Positions 53,006 to 64,000 of a stretch of 64,000 nucleotides of DNA are shown piece after piece. Position numbers and translations under genes: made by a program. The stretch is from positions 29,388,001-29,452,000 of the forward strand of contig OZ024758.1 of the NCBI GenBank assembly GCA_964016885.1, read 5' to 3'. Under the pieces are notes generated by a model. The model made no database searches. It was not told where the DNA came from and was given only the letters and a program-made list of their open reading frames with translations. Origin of the DNA: Eledone cirrhosa (taxonomy: Eukaryota). Every line of letters starts with the position of its first letter. Within the stretch, counting starts at the first letter, position 1.

Positions 53006-53063
<58 letters not shown>

Positions 53064-53082
53064 GTATATATATATACATATG

Positions 53083-53119
<37 letters not shown>

Positions 53120-53165
53120 GTATATATATATACATATGTATATATATATACATATGTATATATAC

Positions 53166-53207
<42 letters not shown>

Positions 53208-53225
53208 ATATGTATATATATATAC

Positions 53226-53280
<55 letters not shown>

Positions 53281-53894
53281 CTTTCGCCCGACCACACCTT
53301 GAATACTGTTGTCCACTGTGGTCTCCCCACACGAAACAAAGTATCATGAAACTTGAAGCTCCTCAAAGGGCAATCACGAAAAAGATAGATGGCATGTCAG
53401 ACCTTGACTACTGGGGTCGATTGGAAAACCTGAAACTTTACTCACTCCAACGTCGCCGTGAGCGTTATATTATCTGCATGATGTGGAAAATGTTCCATCA
53501 TCACTGCCCAAATGATGTTGGCATCGCCTTCAAGATACACCCAAGGCTTGGGCCCCGTGCTATCCGTCCCATTCAAAAATCTAAATCGCAACTCATAACA
53601 ACAATACGGCACAATTATTTCACCTCAATCGGCCCTGCTCTCTTCAACATCACACCAGGACACGTCAAAACAGAAACTGACCACACAAAATTCAAGAAGT
53701 CTTTGGACAAATTCCTCCAAGTAATCCCGGACAAACCACCCACACCCGGATATGTCTCCGCAAACAGTAATTCTGTTCTCGAATGGGCCATGGTGCCCAA
53801 ATTCTGAATTGAAAGACTTCGCCAGGTGGTGCTATTAAGTTAGACATGGCCTGGGCCAATACTGGCCAAAACATTTCAAAGTTATTCAAAGTTA
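53281..53894 (+). mobile_element. CR1-group LINE 3' end with a (TTCAAAGTTA)n tail; its last 329 bp are duplicated in inverted orientation at 52677-53005
   Basis: [14 protein letters not shown]...[11 protein letters not shown]...GP.LFN..P...[13 protein letters not shown]. Confidence 0.9.
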
Positions 53895-53963
53895 TATATA
53901 CATATATATATATACATATATATATATACATATATATATATACATATACATATACATATATAC

Positions 53964-54023
<60 letters not shown>

Positions 54024-54099
54024 TCATATATACATATATATATATTCATATATATATATATACATATATATATATTCATATATACATATATATATATTC

Positions 54100-54138
<39 letters not shown>

Positions 54139-55566
54139 GTAAAATATTTTATAACACAAAGAAAAATTTTTTTCTGTGAAACAAGAAATTACAGAGTTGA
54201 TCACGTAAAATCATGGGTATGTCTATAATATCAACTAGAACTTGAGATGACCTTCTCTTTTTCTCTTTCTTTCCTTTTCCGGAAAGTACATATTCATGTG
54301 TATATATATACTTATATATTTCCCTATTTTTTTGAAGTTTTATCTCAGTTTTGGTACATCGACCTCAGAATTTTAAACTAAACATATGGTCATTGTTGAG
54401 CAAAATTATTTTCACACATTATATATCTGTCCCATTCATGAATATTGATATTTACATTATATTACCCAATTCTTTTGGGTAATATAATGTAGGACTTTTC
54501 ACAAAGTATACAGTTAATATTCAATTCTTTATCAATTTAGAATCTTTTCTCAAAGGCACATATACATACACCTCTTTAAAATATACCCATCTTCCTACCT
54601 TACTTCAAAGGGCATTATACACTCTATAATACTTGTTTACTCATTACCCTCTTTCTATCTTCACCTTGTAAAATCCTTCATAACATATACATTTGTTTTT
54701 TTGACGTTAGAATATTCATCCGCAATTATTATTATTTTTTCTCTCTATCATAAAACTTTTTAATCTCAATTTCATCCTTAATTTATTATTCTTTTCTCCC
54801 CATCAACGAACTCATTCTTAATACATATTAACTCTTTCTTCGCACATATTATCAATTCCTTCAATATACAAACTTTAACTTCACATTATTTTTCTCAAAT
54901 CCTTCTACACACAAACCTTAATAATTTTTTCTCTTCGTTAATTTTGAAATTGCCACGATACTTATCAACATACACCTTTTTGACGTTAGAATATTCATCC
55001 ACAATTATTATTTTTTCTCTCTATCTTCATACATAAACTCCCTTTCTTTCCTCGTAAATATTTTTCCCTTCGTTAATTTTCAAATTCTTTTAATTTATAC
55101 ATTATCTTCCAACGGTTCTCAACCTCTCTATGTAAAACAATATATCTTTTCTCAGTTATAAAAACTATCTCTTTCTCTCTATCACCCATCTCTCCCTCTC
55201 CACCTTCACTCTCATCTCTTCCCCCTTTTTTCATCCTTTCCACCCCCCTCCCTAAATAAAATATTTTTTCCTCGTACATATCTTTCCCTTCGTTAATTTT
55301 CAAATTCTTTTAATTTATACATTATCTTCCAACGGTTTTCAACCTCTCTATGTAAAACAATATATCTTCTCTCAGTTATAAAAACTATCTCTTTCTCTCT
55401 ATCACCCATCTCTCCCTCTCATCTCCTCCCCTTTTTCATCCTTTCCACCCCCACCCCCTCTCTAAATAAAATATTTTTCCCAATATCACACATCAATCTA
55501 AAACCACTTTTCATATGTTGATTTAAAACTGCACTATCCACAAGTGTTTTTTAGCCTTCATATCAT

Positions 55567-55652
55567 GTTCTCCTGTTTTATCTGATGAAAACACAAATAT
55601 TATTGCATGATGATGTTTGTTTTTGAAATGCGCATAATAAAATACATGGAAC
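55567..55652 (+). ncRNA. Minimal type-I hammerhead ribozyme
   Basis: gttctcctgttttat-CTGATGA(55582-88)-aaacacaaatattatt/gcat/gatgatgtttgttttt-GAAA(55625-28)-tgcgca-TA-ataaaatacatggaac. Palindromic TGCGCA; predicted cleavage after 55636. Confidence 0.87.
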
Positions 55653-55865
55653 TCTTTTAACCATCTTTTGATCTTATATTATGTATACTCCAGTCCTACA
55701 AACTGTGGAGTGCTTCTTATCCGATATCTGCATTGCTTTATTGTACTACAATAAAACTCACCTCCTACATATATATATATGTATGTATATATATATATAT
55801 GTATATATATGAATATATATATGTATGTATATATATATATATGTATATATATGTATATATATATG

Positions 55866-55908
<43 letters not shown>

Positions 55909-56216
55909 GTATGTATATATATATATATGTATATATATATGTATGTATATATATATATGTATATATATATGTATATATATATATGTATATATATATATGT
56001 ATATATATATGTATATATATATATGTATATATATATGTATATATATATATGTATATATATATGTATATATATATGTATGTATATATATATATGTATATAT
56101 ATATGTATATATATATATGTATATATATATGTATATATATATGTATGTATATATATATATGTATATATATATGTATATATATATGTATATATATATATGT
56201 ATATGTATATATGTAT

Positions 56217-56249
<33 letters not shown>

Positions 56250-56314
56250 AATATATGTATATATATATGTATATATATATATGTATATATATGTATATAT
56301 ATATGTATATATAT

Positions 56315-56348
<34 letters not shown>

Positions 56349-56501
56349 ATGTATATAAATATATGTATATAAATATATGCAAAAGTTTCATATAAAATTG
56401 TTGGGTTACAACAAGTAAATATTTTATAACTGATATAAAGCACTCGACAAGTTTTGGAGTAGATATACGATATTAAACAAATGGAAACTATATTTATAAA
56501 A

Positions 56502-56580
56502 CCATATTTATTTCATTATACATATTTCGGGGATACCATATTAAAAATATGGCATGCCTTCTTCAGATAAAATACAATAT
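56502..56580 (-). ncRNA. Minimal type-I hammerhead ribozyme (first stem II pair is an A.C mismatch; possibly impaired)
   Basis: Minus strand reads atattgtattttat-CTGAAGA-aggcatgccatatttttaatatggtatcccc-GAAA-tatgta-TA-atgaaataaatatgg. Confidence 0.8.
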
Positions 56581-57538
56581 ATAAACAGTTTTATAAATAA
56601 GTTTGACGTACCATAAATATTGACCAACCGTTATGTACGAAGCTGGTTTGGTAGTGAGATGTTTATAAATATTTAGTGTTAAGCACAGTTAAAAAGAAAA
56701 ACGGAGAAAAAGAAGAAATGTATGTAAAGAAAAACAGAGAGAAATAGAGAGAGATAGGGGAGAGAGAAATAGTGAGGAGGTGAAAAAAGAGAGGCAGCTT
56801 AGGCAACAGATGAATAAAAATAATAATTCATCATACAAATTGAGAGATTTAGGAGGGAGGGAGTACTGTAATTATTTAGTTATAGTGTTAAGGACAGTTG
56901 AGGAGGAGACGGAGAGAAATAAAAAATGAAGAGAAAACAGAGAGAGAGAAAGATAGAGGTGGGGGGAAAAAGAGGTAGACCAAATAATAATAATTATATA
57001 TGGGGAGGTGAGAGATATAGGAGAGAAATAAGAGAGAAATAAGAGAGAAGTAAGAGAGAAACTCGAGAGGCAAAGTTAAAACAACCGATACATAGACTTC
57101 ATTATATATAAAGAGGGAGGAGAAGAAAGAGCTATATCTAGAGAGAGGGATGATAGATTTACATCTTTACGTTATGTCCTATCAATTTGAATTATCAATT
57201 CATATGAATTGGGTAATATAATGTAAATATCAATATTCATGAATGAGACATAGATATATAATGTGTGAAAATAATTTTGCTCAACAATGACCATATGTTT
57301 AGTTTAAAATTCTGAGGTCGATGTACCAAAACTGAGATAAAACTTCAAAAAAATAGGGAAATATATAAGTATATATATACACATGCATATGTACTTTCCG
57401 GAAAAGGAAAGAAAGAGAAAAAGAGAAGGTCATCTCAAGTTCTAGTTGATATTATAGACATACCCATGATTTTACGTGATCAACTCTGTAATTTCTTGTT
57501 TCACAGAAAAAATTTTTTCTTTGTGTTATAAAATATTT

Positions 57539-57611
<73 letters not shown>

Positions 57612-58254
57612 AATAAAATATATTAATATTCTTGCCCTCACATACATGATTATTGTTCATGTATAGAATATTATGCATATCTGTAACATATCCAGAACTA
57701 TACCCACACATACATATATATATATATATATGTATGCACACATATATGTACATGGACAGATAAAATAAGCAGATAAAATATACTCTGTAATCATTCCATA
57801 TGCATATTAATACATATGGCCTTTGTACAGAGACAACCAGATATCAATATATCAGCACAGAGATATCAAAACGTTAAAAATATTTTCATCGCTCCCTAGC
57901 GTATCTCGGGCCGTAAAAAACACAGTATGCCCCCTATATCAACCACAGAAATCTACCCTTCCAATTTATCTGACAATATATTGCCAAGTTCATTAGAAGC
58001 AATCATAATCAAAAAGCAAACAAAAAACCAAAAATTAAAAATTATTCAACAAAACTTATTTAGCAGAAATCATTTAAAGGATTTAGGAGACCCTGTTGTT
58101 CTACGGATGCTCTTATATTTAGTATAGAAGTTTATCTAGCGTAAAATGTATTCAATAGATTGGGAGCATCAACATTTAAGGGTAGTTTAATTACATCATT
58201 AGTATATATTTATGAAGAAGGTTTAAAAGAAAAAGTTGAAGGAATATATAAATA

Positions 58255-58402
58255 TATGTATATATATATATGTATATATATATATATGTATATATATATA
58301 TGTATATATATATGTATATATATATATATGTATATATATATATGTATATATATTTATGTATATATATATATATATGTATATATATATGTATATATATTTA
58401 TG

Positions 58403-58433
<31 letters not shown>

Positions 58434-59191
58434 GTATATATATTTATGTATCTATATATATGTATATATATTTATGTATATATATATGTATATATATATA
58501 TGTATATATATAGATGTAGATATATTTATGTATATATATTTATGTATATATATATGTATATATATATATATGTATATATATATGTATATATATATATGTA
58601 TATATATATATGGATATATATTTATGTATATATATATGTATATATATATATGTATATATATATATGTATATATATATATGTATATATATTTATGTATATA
58701 TATTTATGTATATATATTTATGTATATATATATATGTATATATATATATGTATATATATTTATGTATATATATTTATGTATATATATTTATGTATATATA
58801 TTTATGTATATATATGTATATGTATATATATTTATGTATATATATGTATATGTATATATGTATATGTATATATATATATATGTATATATGTATATGTATA
58901 TATGTATATGTATATATATATATGTATATATATATATGTATATGTATATATATATGTATATATATATGTATATATATATGTATAGAAATATATGTACATA
59001 TGTATATGTATATATATGTATACATATATATATGTATATGTATATATATATGTATATATGTATATGTATATATGTATATGTATATATATATATGTATATA
59101 TATATATGTATATATATATATGTATATATGTATATATGTATATGTATATATATATATGTATATATATGTATATGTATATATATATATGTAT

Positions 59192-59225
<34 letters not shown>

Positions 59226-59454
59226 ATATGTATATGTATATATATATATGTATATATATATGTATATGTATATGTATATATATATATATATGTATATGTA
59301 TATATATATATGTATATATATATATGTATATGTATATATATATATGTATATATGTATATGTATATATATATATGTATATGTATATGTATATATATATATG
59401 TATATGTATATGTATATATATATATGTATATATATATATGTATATATATATATG

Positions 59455-59501
<47 letters not shown>

Positions 59502-59698
59502 GTATATATATATATGTATATATATATATATGTATATATATATATGTATATATATATATATGTATATATATATATGTATATATATGTATGTATATATATA
59601 TGTATATATATCTATGTATATATATGTATATATATATAAGTATATATATATATGTATATATATATATGTATATAAATGTATGTATATATATGTATATG

Positions 59699-59729
<31 letters not shown>

Positions 59730-59838
59730 GTATATATATGTATATATATATGTATATATGTATATATATATATGTATATATGTATATATGTATATATGTA
59801 TATATATATATATGTATATATGTATATGTATATATGTG

Positions 59839-59887
<49 letters not shown>

Positions 59888-60058
59888 GTATATATATATA
59901 TGTATATATATATATGCATATATATATACGTATATATATATATGTATATATGTATATATATATATGTATATATATGTATATGTATATATATGTATATGTA
60001 TATATATATATATGTATATATATATATGTATATATATATATGTATATATATATATATG

Positions 60059-60090
<32 letters not shown>

Positions 60091-60410
60091 TATGTATATG
60101 TGTATATGTATATGTGTATATGTATATATGTATATATATATATGTATATGTGTATATGTATATATGTATATGTATATATGTATATGTATATGTATGTGTA
60201 TATATGTATATGTATATGTATATATATATGTATATATATATGTATATATATATATGTATGTGTATATATGTATATGTATATGTATATATATATGTATATA
60301 TATATGTATATATATATATGTATATATATATATGTATGTATATATATGTATATATATATATGTATATGTATATATATATATGTATGTATATATATGTATA
60401 TATATATATG

Positions 60411-60443
<33 letters not shown>

Positions 60444-60576
60444 GTATGTATATGTATGTATATATATATGTATGTATATATATATGTATGTATATATATA
60501 CATATGTATGTATATGTATATATATATGTATATGTATATATATATATATGTATATATATGTATATGTATATATATG

Positions 60577-60607
<31 letters not shown>

Positions 60608-60648
60608 GTATATATATATGTATATATATATGTATATGTATATATATG

Positions 60649-60737
<89 letters not shown>

Positions 60738-61943
60738 GTATATATGTATATATGTATATATGTATATATATATATATGTATATATATGTATATATATATA
60801 TATGTATATATGTATATATATATATGTATATGTATATATATATATATGTATATGTATATATATATATGTATATATGTATATATATATATATATCTATATG
60901 TATATATATATATGTATATATGTATATATATGTATATATGTATATGTATATATGTATGTATATGTATGTATGTATATGTATATGTATATATATGTATATG
61001 TATATATATGTATATATATGTATATGTATATATGTATATGTATATATGTATATGTATATATGTATATATGTATATGTATATATGTATATATATATATGTA
61101 TATGTATAATATATATATATGTATATGTATATGTATATATGTATATGTATATATATGTATATATATGTATATATATATATATGTATATGTATGTATATAT
61201 ATATGTATATATATATATATGTATATGTATATATATATATGTATATATGTATATGTATATATATATATGTATATATGTATATGTATATATGTATATGTAT
61301 ATATATATATGTATATATGTATATGTATATATGTATATGTATATATATATATGTATATGTATATGTATATATATATATGTATATGTATATGTATATATAT
61401 ATATAGGTATATGTATATATATATATGTATATGTATATATATATATAGGTATATGTATGTATATATATATGTATATGTATATATATATGTATATATGTAT
61501 ATGTATATATATGTATATGTATATATATGTATATATATGTATATGTATATATGTATATGTATATATGTATATGTATATATGTATATGTATATATGTATAT
61601 ATATATATGTATATGTATATATGTATATGTATATGTATATATGTATATATATATATGTATATGTATATATATGTATATATATGTATATATATATATGTAT
61701 ATGTATGTATATATATATATGTATATGTATGTATATATATATATGTATATATATATATGTATATGTATATATATGTATATATATGTATATGTATATATAT
61801 ATATGTATATATATATATGTATATATGTATATATATGTATATATATATATGTATATATGTATATGTATATATGTATATGTATATGTATATATATATATAT
61901 GTATATATATATATGTATATATGTATATGTATATACGTATATG

Positions 61944-61974
<31 letters not shown>

Positions 61975-62155
61975 GTATATGTATATATATATATGTCTAT
62001 GTATATGTATATGTATATATATATATGTCTATGTATATATATATATATATATGTATATGTATATATATATATATGTATATGTATATATGTATATGTATAT
62101 GTATATATATATGTAATATATATGTATATATATATGTATATATATATGTATATGT
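58255..62155. repeat. ~3.9-kb (TA)n/(TATG)n microsatellite; similar tracts at 51640-52672, 53006-53280, 53895-54137, 55768-56378 and 63155-63950
   Basis: Direct reading; source of all the Tyr/Ile/Met/Cys-rich pseudo-ORFs. Confidence 0.98.
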
Positions 62156-62687
62156 TATCTACAAAGTATTAGTTATGCAGACATTCAATATTTCAATGTT
62201 ATTATCTACGAGGGAGTGGTTTTTTAATAGCAGTGAGAATTGTTGGTGGCAGTGAGCAATTAGATTCCCATCCGTTGTTTTGACATTTTTATAGAATATA
62301 TTGTTTGTCGTTGGTTATCTTTCTAAATCTATAGAAGGATTAGAGATAGTATAGATATGCATGGTTGGTTTTGTGTTTGCACTTAATTAACATTCAGACT
62401 TAAATTTTTCTTTCAAGTGTACGTATCCTTTCGCCCACGCATTTACACACAAACGTATATGTACACCTCTACAAAATACATATACTCACATACACATACT
62501 TACATGCTCATACTTACATACATATATACATGCACATGTATATATACATATATATACATATATATACATATATATATATGTACATACATACATACGCATT
62601 CATGTGTATACATTTTCATACTCAACTTATCTTTATATACACACCTATAGACACACACATATATACATACATACTCCTGTCTATGTG

Positions 62688-62724
<37 letters not shown>

Positions 62725-63157
62725 AAACACTTTAATACATGAATACACATCATCTAACTATACACATCAAACATATATATATATATTTTTTACTTATTTA
62801 TATACATTTTCACATATATATACATACATATGGTCGCTTTTAGACACATTGATTATAGCATGTTAGCACCTATTCTCATCAGCATATCTATTCATTGTTA
62901 GTGTGGTAATTTAAGGTTATTAATATACATTTATATGTTGAGAAGAGATTGTTTTTATATTTTTCTAACTAGATTGAGGTTTATATAGTTGGGGGGATGT
63001 CCCTCTTTTATGTAATATTCAGCTTGTAGTGGAGCCAAAATTTCTGCAAATTGTGTAATCTTGAGATTTATTACATAATCACACACAAGAAGAAATTGCT
63101 TATTAACAGAATTGAACGAACATTATTCTGCCGTCACCGAATTAAAACCCTTTTATG

Positions 63158-63193
<36 letters not shown>

Positions 63194-63353
63194 TATATAT
63201 ATATATATGTATGTATATGTATATATATATATATGTATATATGTGTATGTATATATATATATGTATGTATATATATATATGTATGTATATATATATATAT
63301 GTATGTATATATATATATGTATATGTATGTATATATACATATGTATATGTATG

Positions 63354-63386
<33 letters not shown>

Positions 63387-63559
63387 GTATATATATATGT
63401 ATATATATGTATATATATATATATGTATATATATGTATATATATGTATATGTATATATATATATGTATATATATGTATGTATATGTATATATATGTATGT
63501 ATATGTATGTATATATATGTATATGTATGTATATGTATATATGTATATGTATGTATATG

Positions 63560-63595
<36 letters not shown>

Positions 63596-64000
63596 TGTAT
63601 ATATATGTATATGTATATATATGTATATGTATATATATGTATATGTATGTATATGTATATATATGTATATGTATGTATATGTATATATATGTATATGTAT
63701 ATATATGTATATGTATATATATGTATATGTATATATATGTATATGTATATATATGTATATGTATATATATGTATATGTATATATATGTATATGTATATAT
63801 ATGTATATGTATATATATGTATATATATGTATATGTATATATATGTATATATATGTATATGTATGTATATATATGTATATGTATATATATGTATATATAT
63901 GTATATATATATATGTATATGTATATATATGTATATATATGTATATATATAGGTTTGGATTCTTCGGAGCAATTGATTAATGAATGGACAGTTATATGAC

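Larger units (their letters stand above)
54139..57541. mobile_element. Composite of two convergent hammerhead-bearing Penelope-like non-coding modules, bracketed by ~335-bp inverted repeats (54139-54472 / 57206-57541)
   Basis: Near-identical inverted arms. A plus-strand HHR at 55567 and a minus-strand HHR at 56502 face a central (TA/TG)n tract at 55768-56378. Internal ~210-bp tandem duplication at 55063-55480. Confidence 0.6.

Noticed and set aside
51604-63999. Very long Tyr/Ile/Met/Cys-rich ORFs (up to 1300 aa)
   Set aside because: Translations of (TA)n/(TATG)n microsatellite.

Overview
Eukaryotic, AT-rich, repeat-dense DNA. The SINE/LINE content and the very long (TA)n/(TATG)n tracts suggest an octopod cephalopod (inference). 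Nearly all ORFs in the supplied track are microsatellite or transposon artefacts. Two spliced host genes can be read directly. (1) The first five coding exons of beta-ureidopropionase (UPB1) lie on the minus strand at 19389->1061, and the gene continues off the left edge. (2) A small RING-H2 (C3H2C3) protein gene of about 162 aa lies on the plus strand at 35950-42286, built only from phase-0 exons, two of them 39-nt microexons. The rest is tRNA-derived SINEs, decayed RTE, CR1-like and CRE-like LINEs, hAT, piggyBac and Tc1/mariner MITEs, non-autonomous Helitrons and satellites. The main hidden signal is a family of minimal type-I hammerhead ribozymes: five copies with an intact core (11.6, 51.2, 51.4, 55.6 and 56.5 kb) plus degenerate ones. 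They share CUGANGA/GAAA cores, a palindromic 6-nt stem/loop III, an AUA cleavage triplet and a long covarying stem II with a conserved mismatch at pair 4. They sit in Penelope-like non-coding modules, mostly next to (TA)n tracts and arranged as inverted pairs; one is in sense orientation in UPB1 intron 1. The same region shows repeated (TA)n-anchored fold-back inverted duplications. All coordinates were counted by hand.
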